The notes below the pieces were generated by a model, which was not told where the DNA came from, ran no database searches, and was given only the letters and a program-made list of their open reading frames with translations. 64,000 bases of DNA. Source: Myxococcota bacterium. GTDB lineage: Bacteria; Myxococcota_A; UBA9160; PR03. A program made the position numbers and the translations under genes. Below are positions 28,166-38,796 of this stretch, one piece after another; positions within the stretch are counted from its first letter, which is position 1; each line of letters opens with the position of its first letter. The stretch covers positions 64,001-128,000 of the forward strand of contig JBFIML010000004.1 of assembly GCA_041611735.1 (NCBI GenBank), written 5' to 3'.

Positions 28166-29802
28166 CACGGCGTGAGCGGTGCGCCGTGGGCCCGGCGCTC
28201 GGCGAGCCGGGCCCGCACCGCGGCGAGCTCGCCGCGCACCGCCTCGTCGAAGCCTCCCCCGAGACGCAGCGCCTGCTCCAGCAGCGCGGCCGCCTCCTCC
28301 AGCTCGCCGCGCACGTAGTGGGCGTGGGCTCGAACGCGCAGGTCCGCCTGGGTCTGCCGCGGCCGGTCCCGCGTGGCCTCGATCCAGGCGCCGGCCATGT
28401 CGGCCAGCACGGCCTGGAAGCGCGGGTCCTCGCGAACGGCCGCGAAATCCGGCACCTCGTAGAAGTACATGAAGCGGTGGAAGCCCCGCTCGAAGGCGCG
28501 GCGCGCCGCCCCCGCCGCCACGGCGGCGTCGCCGCGCCGGGCGGCCCGGCTGGCCGAGACCACCTGGGCGGCCAGGCCGTCGGGGTAGTGACGCACCGTG
28601 GCCAGGGTGAGCGTGGCCTCGGAGCGCCAGATGCGGGCCTGCGCGTGGCTGCGCACGGCGAAGACGGCGGCCAGCACCAGCACCGCCGCCGTGGCCACGC
28701 GGGCCGGGGAGAGGGCGCCGGGCCGGGCGGCGCGGGGCGCGAAGCGCGCCCGCACATCGCCCGCCACGCACAGCGCGGCGCCCAGCAGACCTGGCAGGAT
28801 CGTGTAGAGGTAGCGGTCCGCCATGGGATACAAGAACGGCAGCGCCTGGGAGACCGGCGCCCAGGCGGCCGCCGCCCACACCCACCAGGCCGCCTCCTCG
28901 CGCCGCCGGGCCAGGGCCCAGACCACCCGGGCGGCCAGCAGGCCCCCGAGCGCCAGGCCCGCCAGCCACCAGGGATCGAGCCAGGAGAGCGCCGGGGGGG
29001 GCTCGTGGAAGGGCGCCACCCCCCAGGAGGTGGCGGCCATCACCAGGTAGCGGGCGCCGATGGCGACCGCGGTGCGCACGTGCACCCAGGGGTCCGGGTG
29101 CAGCCCCTCGGCCAGCATCCCCTGGCGGCCGAAGCTGAACAGCGCGGGGGCGGCGTAGAGCGCGAACAGCCCCCCCCACACCAGGAGCCAGCGCGCGTGG
29201 CGGCGCCAGCCGTCGGCCGGGTCCCGGGCGTTCCAGGCGAAGACCGCCGCCACCGGCAGTGCGAAGGACGTGGACGCCTTGCTGAGCAGTCCCGCGGCGA
29301 AGAGCACCGCGGCGAGCAGCGGGCGGGTCGGGAAGGCCAGCAGGGCCCCGACGCCCAGGGCCAGGCAGGCCAGGGTCTTCAGCTGGAAGATCCAGGCCAC
29401 CGTCTCCACGTTGGCCGGGTGCACCAGGAAGACGAGGCCCGCCAGCCCGCTCGCCAGGGGCGGGAAGCCCCGCCGCACCAGGAGCGCCACCAGCAGCGCC
29501 GTGGCCAGCGCGTGCAGCACCACGTTCACCACGTGGTAGCCCGTCGTGTCCGGACCCCAGAGCGACCACTCGAGGGCGTGGGCCAGCAGGTGCACGGGCG
29601 CCCAGTTCGCAGTGTAGAGCGCCGGCTCGCCCCAGGGATCCAGCAGCGCCCGCAGGTTGTCGAGGCTGAGCGCGTGCACGTAGGGATTGGTGACGATGTA
29701 GCCGAGGTCGTCGGAGAGGAAGCTCCCGTGCAGGGCCGGGGCGAAGACGGCGAGGGCGATCAGCGTGAAGCCGACGGGGAGCGCCACCGGGACGAGCCGC
29801 AT
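28165..29802 (-). CDS. TMTC-like GT-C membrane protein with C-terminal helical/TPR region
   Basis: FLSDD, YHVVNVVLH, HPANVETVAWI, LLSK, MADRYLY, W.SE..L. Confidence 0.75.
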   Translation of the reverse strand: MRLVPVALPVGFTLIALAVFAPALHGSFLSDDLGYIVTNPYVHALSLDNLRALLDPWGEPALYTANWAPVHLLAHALEWSLWGPDTTGYHVVNVVLHALATALLVALLVRRGFPPLASGLAGLVFLVHPANVETVAWIFQLKTLACLALGVGALLAFPTRPLLAAVLFAAGLLSKASTSFALPVAAVFAWNARDPADGWRRHARWLLVWGGLFALYAAPALFSFGRQGMLAEGLHPDPWVHVRTAVAIGARYLVMAATSWGVAPFHEPPPALSWLDPWWLAGLALGGLLAARVVWALARRREEAAWWVWAAAAWAPVSQALPFLYPMADRYLYTILPGLLGAALCVAGDVRARFAPRAARPGALSPARVATAAVLVLAAVFAVRSHAQARIWRSEATLTLATVRHYPDGLAAQVVSASRAARRGDAAVAAGAARRAFERGFHRFMYFYEVPDFAAVREDPRFQAVLADMAGAWIEATRDRPRQTQADLRVRAHAHYVRGELEEAAALLEQALRLGGGFDEAVRGELAAVRARLAERRAHGAPLTP

Positions 29803-29834
29803 GGGGCGATGCTACCGCGCCACTTGCCGGCCGT

Positions 29835-31883
29835 TCAGCGCCACCCGTAGCGCTGGGAGAGCATGTACTCGTACAGGCCCCGCGAGCGGGGGTCGTCGGG
29901 ATCCGACTCGTACAGCTCCCGGGCGAGGCGCTCCGCGTCCTGCACGCGGCGCTGGCGCAGGAACGTGTTGGCCAGGCGGCGGCGCGGCTCGCGGGCCTCG
30001 GGGCGCAACGCGAGGGCCGCCTCGTCCGCCTCCACCTGGGCCTCGAACTCGCCGAGCAGCCACCAGGTGTTGGCCAGCTGGTGGAGGGCGCGGTCGCGCA
30101 GCCCCGGGTCGGGGCTCGACGCCTGCGCCTCCCAGCGCGCGAAGCCCGGCTCGATCAGGCCCTGCTCGATCGCCCAGGCGGGGGCGGCGCGCACCACCTC
30201 CCGGGGACGCAGCCCCGCCTCCGGGTCGAAGGGGATGCCGCGCTCCCGGTAGTACGCGCCCACGCGCCACAGGTTGATCCCGTTGCGGGCGTTGCGGCGC
30301 AGGTAGATCGCGTGATCCATGCTGCGGAAGACGAGCACCCAGCCCGGCGCGTCGCGCAAGAGCTCCACGGTGTAGAGGTTCGCGTAGTAGCCGTCCGGCA
30401 GGCCGGCGCCCAGGAAGAGATCGACGCCGTAGTCGTCCAGCAGGGCCAGGGTGTCGTCCCGCCGGTCCAGGCGCGCGGCGGAGCGGACGATGGCCAGGTA
30501 GTCCTGCATGACCTGGGGCGCGTAGTGCTCGGTGCGGCCGTCGATGAAGGTGCGCAGCTGGGGAGCCAGCTGCCGGCCGGCGTAGCCGCCCACGTGGTAG
30601 GGGTTGAAGAGCCGGCCCTCGAGCCCGGCGTCCTGGAGGAAGCGGATCCCGGGCCCCAAGTAGCGGCGGGAGAGGTGCGAGGCCGCGTAGCCCCCGGGCT
30701 CCCGCACGATCTCGCCGACGAAGCCGTGCCACTCGGGCAGCCGTGCGAAGCCCAGGGTCAGCACGAGACAGGCCGCCGCCAGGGCCCAGTCCAGGCGACG
30801 CGCGGCCCGCGCGCGCCCGCTGAGGCCCTCGCGGTCCGCGTGGAGCAGGAAGAGCAGCACGAAGAAGCCCATCCAGAGGAAGCGCAGGGAGATGGCGATG
30901 GCGCAGGCGGCGGCACAGGCCAGGGCGCCGCGCAGCGGATCGGCCAGGCGCAGCCGCTGGGCCGAGGGCCGGCGCAGGAAGCCGAAGCCGGCGACCACGG
31001 CGGTGCCGACGAGCAGCAGGCCGAGCGCGTCGGCGGTGGCCCAGGAGACCGGGTCGATCCCGGCCGCCCCCTCGCCAGGCGGGTCCAGCGGCCGGAACGG
31101 CGCCCACTCGTCGCGCACCTTCCAGATGGCCGCGTCGCGCGAGGAGCTGAAGAACGTCAGATGCTGGGCGATCCCGCGCGGGTTCACCAGCGAGGCGAGG
31201 GCACCGAGCCCGAGGGCCGCCGCCACGCGGCCCGGCCGCGGCCCCGGCGCGGCCGGCGGGCTCCCGGGAAGACGCGCCGCGAGAGCGCGCCGGGCCCCGA
31301 GGCCCAGCAGGCCCGCCCCGCCCAGGGCGAGGCCGGCGCCGAACAGCGAGTGCAGGTTGGCCCACAGGCCGAAGCCCAGCGCGACGGCGGCCACGCGTCG
31401 CCAGGACGGTCCGCCCGGCACGGCGAAGAGCAGCCGCCAGAGGGCAATGGCGGCGGCGATCGAGACCAGGTCGGGCCGCAGCTGGAACAGGCGGCGCCAG
31501 GAGAGGATCCCGAAGGCGACCGTGGCGGCCACCGCCGGCAGCGCGCCGCGGCTCTCGCGGCGGAAGCTCGTCCAGACCAGGACGCCGATCCCGAGCACGG
31601 CGAGCCCGTGGACGACGCGCAGCCCCTGGAGGCCCAGCCCGCGCTCCAGGCCGAAGACCAGCGCGCCGAAGCCCCACTCGTGCTGGACGGGCGCGCGGCC
31701 GCCCGCCGTATGAAGCAGCGGGTCCTCGGAGGGCCACAGCGTCCCGGTGGCGTAGACCTCGCCCAGCGCCAGGTGGAACCAGAGATCGTCCGTGGCCAGG
31801 GGGCGGCCTACCAGGAAGAGCAGCAACAGGATCAGGAGGGCCAGAGCCACGAGGGCGAGCCCGAGCGGAGCCCGATCCCTCAC
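29835..31883 (-). CDS. Polytopic membrane protein, putative GT-C glycosyltransferase with C-terminal TPR
   Basis: GTGA overlap. TDDLWFHL..GE, HEW, LRPDL, LWANLH, NPRG, EW, FIDGR. Confidence 0.7.
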   Translation of the reverse strand: MRDRAPLGLALVALALLILLLLFLVGRPLATDDLWFHLALGEVYATGTLWPSEDPLLHTAGGRAPVQHEWGFGALVFGLERGLGLQGLRVVHGLAVLGIGVLVWTSFRRESRGALPAVAATVAFGILSWRRLFQLRPDLVSIAAAIALWRLLFAVPGGPSWRRVAAVALGFGLWANLHSLFGAGLALGGAGLLGLGARRALAARLPGSPPAAPGPRPGRVAAALGLGALASLVNPRGIAQHLTFFSSSRDAAIWKVRDEWAPFRPLDPPGEGAAGIDPVSWATADALGLLLVGTAVVAGFGFLRRPSAQRLRLADPLRGALACAAACAIAISLRFLWMGFFVLLFLLHADREGLSGRARAARRLDWALAAACLVLTLGFARLPEWHGFVGEIVREPGGYAASHLSRRYLGPGIRFLQDAGLEGRLFNPYHVGGYAGRQLAPQLRTFIDGRTEHYAPQVMQDYLAIVRSAARLDRRDDTLALLDDYGVDLFLGAGLPDGYYANLYTVELLRDAPGWVLVFRSMDHAIYLRRNARNGINLWRVGAYYRERGIPFDPEAGLRPREVVRAAPAWAIEQGLIEPGFARWEAQASSPDPGLRDRALHQLANTWWLLGEFEAQVEADEAALALRPEAREPRRRLANTFLRQRRVQDAERLARELYESDPDDPRSRGLYEYMLSQRYGWR

Positions 31884-33262
31884 TCCGCGTAGCCCAGGGC
31901 CTCGAGACGCTGCCGCAGGGCTTGGGACACGTGGTGCGCGGTCTCGTAGCGCGCGATCCCGTCCTGCCGGGGGTCCGGGCGCTGCGCGCGCAGGGTCGCC
32001 TCGAGACGCATGCGCTCCGCCTCGCGCGCCTCGGCCAGGTTCTGCGACTCCCGGGGGTCCGCCTCGAGATCGTAGACCTCGAGCGCCGGCTCCAGGGGGA
32101 AGGCGTTGCGGATCAGCTTGTAGCGTCCGTCGCGCACGGACTCCTTGAAGATCCGGTCCCCCCGGCGCACGATCCGGGCGTAGGCGGGGCGGGCGGACGC
32201 CTCCTCACCCCGCAGCAGGGCCGCCAGGCTGCGGCCCTCCCCTTCCGGCGCCGGCGCGACGCCCAGGAGATCCAGCACCGTGGGCATCACGTCCACCAGC
32301 CGCACCGGCCCCGGCACCCGCGCGCCGCCCCGCTCGAGGCGCGGGTCGAGGACCAGGAGCGGAATCCGCAGCAGCTCGTCGTACAGCGTGTGACCGTGGG
32401 TGCCGGGCCGCAGCGGCTCCCGGTCCCCCAGGTCCTCGCCGTGGTCGCTGGTCACCACCACCAGGGTGCGCTCCGCCAGGCCGAGCTCCCGGAGAGCGGC
32501 CCGCAGCTCGCCCACCTGGCGGTCCGCCTCCGCCACGCCGCCGTCGTAGAGCGCGCGCACGTAGGCGAGCTCGCGCGGGCCGAGCAGGTGCGGATCGTTC
32601 GCGAAGCGGCCGACGTCCGGGGTCTCGAAGGTCTCCGAGAGGTTCCCGCGCTCCAGGGCGGCCGCGTACGCGAGGCGCCGATAGGGCGTGTGCACCTCGT
32701 AGGTGTGGACCAGCAGGAAGAAGCGCTCGGATGCACGCTCCGCCAGCCAGGCCCGGGCCGCCGCGAAGGTCTCCTGGATGCCGCCCCCGGCCGGCTGCTG
32801 CAGCGCCACCCCGCCGATCTGGAGCGCCACCGCGCCCTCCTGCTCCACGAAGGACTGGAAGCCGCGATCCAGACCGAAGTAGCTCGAGACGAAGCCGCCC
32901 TCCGTCACCGCGGCGGTGCGCAAGCCGGCGTCGCGCAGGCGCTCCACCAGCGAGACGCGCAGCTCACCGTCCATCACCCGGGCGGAGGGATAGCGGCCGG
33001 AGAGCAGGCCCACGAAGCCCGGCAGGGTGGAGCTCGCGTGGCTCGTGGCCTGCTCGAAGAGCACGCCCTCTTGGGCCAGGGCGTCCAGGTGGGGCGAGGT
33101 GCGGCGCGGATTGCCGTAGGCCGAGAGCCCGTCCGCCCGCAGCGTGTCGAGCACGATCACGACCGCGCCCTGGAGCTCGCGGTCCCGGGGTGCGCCGCAG
33201 GCCACCCCGATCCCGACGGCGGCCAGCAGCAGCAGGGCGCACCGCCGGGGTCCCGAGAGCAC
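31880..33262 (-). CDS. Sulfatase-fold lipoprotein
   Basis: Lipobox GVA-C; VLDTLRAD; SSTLPGF; HTYEVH; SDHGE; C-terminal LEALGYAE. Start position approximate. Confidence 0.82.
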   Translation of the reverse strand: MLSGPRRCALLLLAAVGIGVACGAPRDRELQGAVVIVLDTLRADGLSAYGNPRRTSPHLDALAQEGVLFEQATSHASSTLPGFVGLLSGRYPSARVMDGELRVSLVERLRDAGLRTAAVTEGGFVSSYFGLDRGFQSFVEQEGAVALQIGGVALQQPAGGGIQETFAAARAWLAERASERFFLLVHTYEVHTPYRRLAYAAALERGNLSETFETPDVGRFANDPHLLGPRELAYVRALYDGGVAEADRQVGELRAALRELGLAERTLVVVTSDHGEDLGDREPLRPGTHGHTLYDELLRIPLLVLDPRLERGGARVPGPVRLVDVMPTVLDLLGVAPAPEGEGRSLAALLRGEEASARPAYARIVRRGDRIFKESVRDGRYKLIRNAFPLEPALEVYDLEADPRESQNLAEAREAERMRLEATLRAQRPDPRQDGIARYETAHHVSQALRQRLEALGYAE

Positions 33263-33347
33263 GACGGTGCAGGGTACCGGCGACGCCTCCGCGCGACAAC
33301 TTCCGCCCGGGCAGCCCCGCGGCGGGACGCGATACCCTCTCGCGCCC

Positions 33348-35024
33348 ATGCCGCGCCCCCGCACCCGTCGGACGCCCACCCGTCCCGCCCCGACGCGAAG
33401 CGGGCGCGCCGGGGGGACCAGCTTCCTGGCCCTGCTCGGGGCCTTCGCCGTGGCGTCGCTGCTGGTCTACCGCCCGGCCCTCGACGGACCCTTCCTGTCC
33501 GACGACGTGCCCTACATCACCATGAACCCCTACGTGCAGGCGCTCTCGGGCGAGAACCTGGTGGCGATCCTCGACCCGAACGGCCCCGCCGTTCCCCTGG
33601 CCGCCAACTACAGCCCCGTGCACCTGCTGCTGCACGCCCTCGAGTGGCGGGTGTTCGGCAGCGACGTGCGCGGTTGGCACGTGGTGAACGTGCTCCTGCA
33701 CGCCCTCGGGGCGGCGCTGCTGGTGGCCCTGCTGCGCAGCTCGCAGGTCCCCCTGCCCGCCGCCGTGTTCGGCGGCGTCTTCTTCCTGCTGCACCCGGCC
33801 AACGTGGAGGCCGTGGCCTGGATCTCGCAGCTCAAGACGACCGCCGCCTTCTGCCTGGCGCTCGGCGCACTCCTGGCGCACCCGCGACGTCCGGCGCTGG
33901 GGGCGCTGCTGTTCGCCCTGGCACTGCTGGCCAAGCCCCAGGCCGCCTTCGCGCTCCCGGTCCTGGCGCTGCTCGACTGGACCCGCAGCGGCCGTCTGCG
34001 CTGGGGCTGGCTCGCGGTGTGGGCCGCGGCCTTCGCGGCGCTGGCGGCGGTGGAGGTGGGCGTCTTCCGCAAGTTCGGGCTCGAGTCGCGGCCCCTGGAC
34101 TCGGACCCCGGGACCTGGGCGCGCACGGTGGTGGCCCTGGTCGCCCGTTATCTGGTAATGGCCGCCAGCTCCTGGGGCGTCTCGGCGTTCCACGAGCTGC
34201 CGCGGGCGCGCGGCTGGCTCGACCCCTGGTGGCTGGCGGGGCTCGCCGCGCTGGGGGCCCTCGGCTGGCGCTCGCTCGCGGCCCTGCGCGCGCGCCGGGA
34301 GGAGGCGGCCTGGTGGGCCTGGGCGGCGGTGTCCTTCGTGCCCGTCTCCCAGCTCTTCCCCTTCGACTTCGCCATGGCCGACCGCTACCTCTACTTCATC
34401 CTGCCGGGCCTGCTGGGCGGCACGTTGCTGCTGGCCACGCAGCTCTGGCGCCGCCAGGTGCCCGAGGACGTGGCGCGCCGGCCGGCGCTGCGGGGAGCGG
34501 TCCTCGTGCTGGCCGTGGCCGTGGCCGTGGGCTTCGCGGTGCGCGCCGGCGAACGCGCGGCGCTGTGGCGCTCCGTCGCGCTCCTGTCCCACGACGCGGA
34601 GCGCCACTACCCCGACGGCCGCCAGGCGCACCTGAACGCCGCCCGGCGCGCCGCCCGGGCCGGCGACCGGGACGCCGTGGCGCTGCACCTGCGCGCCGCC
34701 GTGGAGCGCGGCTACGACTACCTGAACGCGCTGGTCGGTGACCCGCTGTTCGCGGGCGCGCGCGCACACCCCGCCGTGGAGGCGGTCTACCGGGACCTGG
34801 CCAGCAGCTGGATCCAGCGAGTGGAGCGCCTGGCGGCGCCGAACCAGGCGGAGCTCAACCTGCTGGCCGTGGCCCACGAGACGCGCGGCGAGTACGCGGC
34901 GGCGGTGCGCGCCCTGGAGCGGGCCCTGGCGGTGGGAGGCTTCGAGGACGATCTGGTGCGCGCGCGGCTCGGCCAGGTGCGCTCGCGCCTGGCCCGCCAG
35001 GGCGTCGGCAACGCGCCGGAGTAG
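33348..35024 (+). CDS. TMTC-like GT-C membrane protein (paralog of 28165-29802)
   Basis: FLSDD, WHVVNVLLH, HPANVEAVAWI, LLAK, MADRYLY. Confidence 0.75.
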   Translation: MPRPRTRRTPTRPAPTRSGRAGGTSFLALLGAFAVASLLVYRPALDGPFLSDDVPYITMNPYVQALSGENLVAILDPNGPAVPLAANYSPVHLLLHALEWRVFGSDVRGWHVVNVLLHALGAALLVALLRSSQVPLPAAVFGGVFFLLHPANVEAVAWISQLKTTAAFCLALGALLAHPRRPALGALLFALALLAKPQAAFALPVLALLDWTRSGRLRWGWLAVWAAAFAALAAVEVGVFRKFGLESRPLDSDPGTWARTVVALVARYLVMAASSWGVSAFHELPRARGWLDPWWLAGLAALGALGWRSLAALRARREEAAWWAWAAVSFVPVSQLFPFDFAMADRYLYFILPGLLGGTLLLATQLWRRQVPEDVARRPALRGAVLVLAVAVAVGFAVRAGERAALWRSVALLSHDAERHYPDGRQAHLNAARRAARAGDRDAVALHLRAAVERGYDYLNALVGDPLFAGARAHPAVEAVYRDLASSWIQRVERLAAPNQAELNLLAVAHETRGEYAAAVRALERALAVGGFEDDLVRARLGQVRSRLARQGVGNAPE

Positions 35025-35088
35025 AGGAGCCCGCCCACCCCTCGCCCCGACACTCGGGCACCCATCGCTGCGCGACCCGACGATCGGG

Positions 35089-36258
35089 CTAGGGATTCGC
35101 GGGCGCGGGGCGGGGTGCGCGCAGCTTGCGGTCCGCCGAGTGGGGCGCGATCCAGCCGAGGCGGCAGCGCACCAGGCGCAGGTCCCGGATCTCCTCGAGG
35201 GCCACCGGCCGCCAGTAGAGCAGCCGGGGCGCCAGCGTGACGGCCGCGGTCCCGCACCACAGACCCGCCCCCAGCAGGAGCCAGGGCGCCAGGCGCGGCC
35301 GCGTGGCCGCGAGGACGCCCGCCGCCACGCAGGCCGGCAGCGCCAGCACCGAGAGGCCACGGTCCAGGGTCACGGTGGTGGACATCTGGAAGGGTGCCAG
35401 CCACAGCTCCTGGAGGTAGAGGGCGAGCGACGCAGCGCACAGCACCGCCACGGCCCGCCAGCGGCGCCAGGTGGCAGGCGCGCCGAACAGCGCGGCGACG
35501 AGGATCGGCGGGCTCGCGAGCGCGAGGATCAGGGGCCAGCGGTGGAAGCTGTGGCGGTGGGTGGCCACGTGCAGGTAGTCGCCCTCCCCGAAGAGCAGCG
35601 CCTGCTGGAGGCTGCAGCCGGCCGCCAGGTGGGCGCCCAGCAGGGGAAGCGCACCGAGCGTGCCCAGGGCCAGGGCCCCGAGCGCGCGCCCGTCGCGGCG
35701 CGCCAGGGCCAGCACTCCGCACGAGAGGCCGAGCAGCAGCGCCGACGCGGTGTGCAGCCAGAAGCTGCCGCCCACCAGCAGGGCGAGCAGCCCGTAGCGG
35801 CGCCGCAGCAGGGTGGCGAGCGCCAAGTACACCCCGGCATAGCCCGCCACCTCGACCTTGGGCAGGGACCAGGAGAGGGTGAAGTGGTAGGGCCAGAGCA
35901 CGAACAGGATCGCCACCGCGTCGGGCAGCCCGGCGCTGCGCTGGAACGCGCGGAAGGCCACCAGGGAGAGGGCGGCGGCCGCCACCGCGAAGAGCTTGGG
36001 ATAGGCGGCGAGCCCCACCAGCGGCGCGACGAGCGCCCCGAGCACGTGGTAGCCGGGCGCCAGCACGTTGCGCAGCGCCGGCTCCTGGGCCATCAGCTCG
36101 ATCAGGCGCAGGTGGGGCAGCAGGTCACCGCCGCCGTGCAGACCCGGCGACGCCCCGAGGCGCACCGCGTGCAGCCCGAGCGCCGCGCCGGCCACGGCCG
36201 GGAAGGCCCAGCCCGGCAGCGCACCGGGCTCGCGCGCAGGCGCGGCGGGGGCCGGCAC
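35089..36258 (-). CDS. Polytopic membrane protein, possible GT-C family
   Basis: About 10 hydrophobic segments; GGDLLPH and PGYH after TM1; co-oriented with the TPR genes. Confidence 0.55.
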   Translation of the reverse strand: MPAPAAPAREPGALPGWAFPAVAGAALGLHAVRLGASPGLHGGGDLLPHLRLIELMAQEPALRNVLAPGYHVLGALVAPLVGLAAYPKLFAVAAAALSLVAFRAFQRSAGLPDAVAILFVLWPYHFTLSWSLPKVEVAGYAGVYLALATLLRRRYGLLALLVGGSFWLHTASALLLGLSCGVLALARRDGRALGALALGTLGALPLLGAHLAAGCSLQQALLFGEGDYLHVATHRHSFHRWPLILALASPPILVAALFGAPATWRRWRAVAVLCAASLALYLQELWLAPFQMSTTVTLDRGLSVLALPACVAAGVLAATRPRLAPWLLLGAGLWCGTAAVTLAPRLLYWRPVALEEIRDLRLVRCRLGWIAPHSADRKLRAPRPAPANP

Positions 36259-36272
36259 GCGGTCCGCCCGGC

Positions 36273-38789
36273 CTAGGAGGCGGGCGGCTTCTCCGCCGCG
36301 CGCGCCGCCTCGAGCTCGCGGCGGGCGGCCTCCGCGTCCGGAAAGTTCGGATCCACGGCCAGCGCCTTCTCGAACTCCTGGGCGGCCTCCGCCTCGCGGC
36401 CGAGGGCGCGCAGGGCGAGCCCCAGGTGGTAGCGGAGCAGGGCCGGCGCCTCCTGGCCCGACTCCTCGGCCAGGCTCACCGCGTAGCGCAGCTGCTCGAC
36501 GGCCGGGCCGGCGAGCCCCTTGCGCAGGAACACGAAGCCCAGCGTGTCCACCACGTTGGGATTCAGGCCGAGCTCCTCCTGCGCCTCCTGGGCCAGGCGC
36601 AGGGCGCGGTCCAGGTCGTCGCCCTGACGGGCCAGCAGGTAGGCCAGGTCGTTCTTCGCCACCGCGAGGCCCGGGTCCTCGCGCAGGACGGCCTCGTACA
36701 GCACGCGGGCGCGGTCGAGGTCACCGAGGGCGAGGTGGAGCTGGCCGAGCAGGGCCCGGTTGCGCGTGGTGAGCAGGCCCGCCTGCTCGGTCTCCTCGAG
36801 CTGGCGGACGGCCTCGTCGAGCTTGTCCTGGGCGCGGTAGAGCGAGAGCAGCAGCGGGAGGGCGCCCGGCACGTCGGGATCCTGCTCGAAGGCGGCGCGG
36901 GCGTCGCGCTCGGCCTGCTCGAAGCGCTCGGCGCGCGCCAGGGTCTGGGCGCGCAGCAGGAGCAGGCGCGCGTTGGTCGGGTTCGCCTGGAGGGCGCCGT
37001 CCAGGCGGGCCAGGGCGCGGTCGAGGCGGTCGCGGCGCAGGTCGAGGCTCGTGGCGGCCAGGATCAGGCGCAGCTCCCCGGGCCGGCGCCCCAGCGCCTG
37101 GTCCACCACCTCGGCGGCCCGCGCCGGATCGCTCGGGCCCTCGTTCAGGGCGTAGGCCACCGCCACCTCCACCGAGGCATTGCCCTGGGCGAGCAGCTCT
37201 TCGAGCAGGGCGCGTCCGGCCGGGGCCTGGTCCAGGGCGTAGAGCGGCCGCACCAGGAGCAGGCGGTCCCGGGGCGTGAGCGTCGCGCCGGCCCGCCGCA
37301 GCGCACGCATCGTCGCGATCACGGCGCTCCAGTCCTGGGCCTGGTGGTGGATGTACGCCTTGAGGCGCAGCGTCTCCGCATCGGCCGGCGCCAGCTGCAC
37401 GGCGCGGTCGATCTCCTTGGTGGCCGCCGCCAGGTTGCGCCCGCGCAGCTCGGCCATGGCCAGCAGCCGGTGGGATTCGGCGCTCTCCCGCACGTCGTTC
37501 ACGCGGCGCAGCAGCTCGGCGGCCTCTGCCAGCCGCGCGGCCTGGAGGGCGAGGCGCGCCTCGGCCATCAGCGTGCGCGGATCGCCGGCGTGGTCCTTGC
37601 GGGTCCGCTCCAGGTAGGCGCCGGCCTCCGGCACCTTGCCGGCCAGGAGGGCGAGCCGCACCGCCTCGTCCAGGAGCTGGGGCGGATCGACGCCCCGTGC
37701 CGCGCCCTGGTCGAGCCGCGCCAGGGCGTCGTCCAGGCGACCCTGGGCGGCCAGGAAGCGTGCGTGGAGCACGTGCAGCTCCGCGTCCTCGGGACGCCGC
37801 TCGAGCAGACGCTCCAAGACCGCCTCGCCCGCCTGCTTCTCCTGCTGCTCGAGCTGGACCAGCTCGAGCCAGGCCTGCCGGAGCTGGGGGCTGAAGTCCG
37901 CGTTCTCCGTCACCACCGCGGCCTCCGCCAGGGCTTCCGGATCGATGGCGAAGAGCCGCTCGAGGGCCCAGCGGAGCAGCTTCGGCTGGTTCGTGCCGCG
38001 TGCCCAGCTGCGCGCCTCCTCGGCGGCGGCGTACTCGAGGCCCAATCTCTCCTGCCGGGCCGCCAGCTCCACCGCCGAGCGATAGGCCGCCGCGGCCTCC
38101 TCCCGGTGGCCCTCCCAGCTCGCCAGGATGCGCGCGCGCTCCAGGCGGGCCGGCACCGAGCCGGGCTCCCGGTCGGCGCGCTCCAAGGCCTCGAGGGCGG
38201 AGCGGAACAGCTCCTCCGGGGGCTCCTCGTCGCGCAGCCGGTGCTCGCGCACCCGGGCGCGCTGCACCACGGCCAGGTTCAGGCTCGACTCCACGTCCTC
38301 GGGATCCAGCTCCAGGGCGGTCAAGGCCGCCGCCAGGGCCTGCTCGGTATCCCGCTGCAGGAGCGCCAACTCCGAGTGGCGCCGGTGCACGCGCGGATCG
38401 CCCGGGGCCCGCTCGAGGGCCTGCTCCACCAGCTCCACGGCGCGCGCCCCGTCCACGCCCGCGATGAGCGGGATCTCGGCCAGCAGCGGCTCGATGCGCT
38501 GGGGATCCAGACGCTGGGCCTCGCGGTAGAAGAAGACCGCCTCCTCGTAGCGACCGCGCTGCCGCAGCACGTCCGCGATGCGCTCGTTCACCTGGGCGCT
38601 CTGGGGCCGCAGCTTGAGGGCGCTGCGCAGCTCGATGAGCGCCTCGCGGGTCTGGCCGGCCTCCGCGTATTTCTCGGCCTCCGCCAGGTGCCGGTCGAGA
38701 CGCTCCTGCTCGGAGGCGCACGCGACCAGGAGGGCGGCGGGCAGCAGGAGGGCGAGCAGCAGCGCGCGGAGTCCGGCCTGTCGGGTCAT
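36273..38789 (-). CDS. PrsT-like TPR-repeat lipoprotein
   Basis: Lipobox LLVA-C; EALIELRSALK; long TPR array; C-terminal KNDLAYLL...DTLGFV...YHLGLAL. Confidence 0.85.
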   Translation of the reverse strand: MTRQAGLRALLLALLLPAALLVACASEQERLDRHLAEAEKYAEAGQTREALIELRSALKLRPQSAQVNERIADVLRQRGRYEEAVFFYREAQRLDPQRIEPLLAEIPLIAGVDGARAVELVEQALERAPGDPRVHRRHSELALLQRDTEQALAAALTALELDPEDVESSLNLAVVQRARVREHRLRDEEPPEELFRSALEALERADREPGSVPARLERARILASWEGHREEAAAAYRSAVELAARQERLGLEYAAAEEARSWARGTNQPKLLRWALERLFAIDPEALAEAAVVTENADFSPQLRQAWLELVQLEQQEKQAGEAVLERLLERRPEDAELHVLHARFLAAQGRLDDALARLDQGAARGVDPPQLLDEAVRLALLAGKVPEAGAYLERTRKDHAGDPRTLMAEARLALQAARLAEAAELLRRVNDVRESAESHRLLAMAELRGRNLAAATKEIDRAVQLAPADAETLRLKAYIHHQAQDWSAVIATMRALRRAGATLTPRDRLLLVRPLYALDQAPAGRALLEELLAQGNASVEVAVAYALNEGPSDPARAAEVVDQALGRRPGELRLILAATSLDLRRDRLDRALARLDGALQANPTNARLLLLRAQTLARAERFEQAERDARAAFEQDPDVPGALPLLLSLYRAQDKLDEAVRQLEETEQAGLLTTRNRALLGQLHLALGDLDRARVLYEAVLREDPGLAVAKNDLAYLLARQGDDLDRALRLAQEAQEELGLNPNVVDTLGFVFLRKGLAGPAVEQLRYAVSLAEESGQEAPALLRYHLGLALRALGREAEAAQEFEKALAVDPNFPDAEAARRELEAARAAEKPPAS

Positions 38790-38796
38790 GGGCGGC

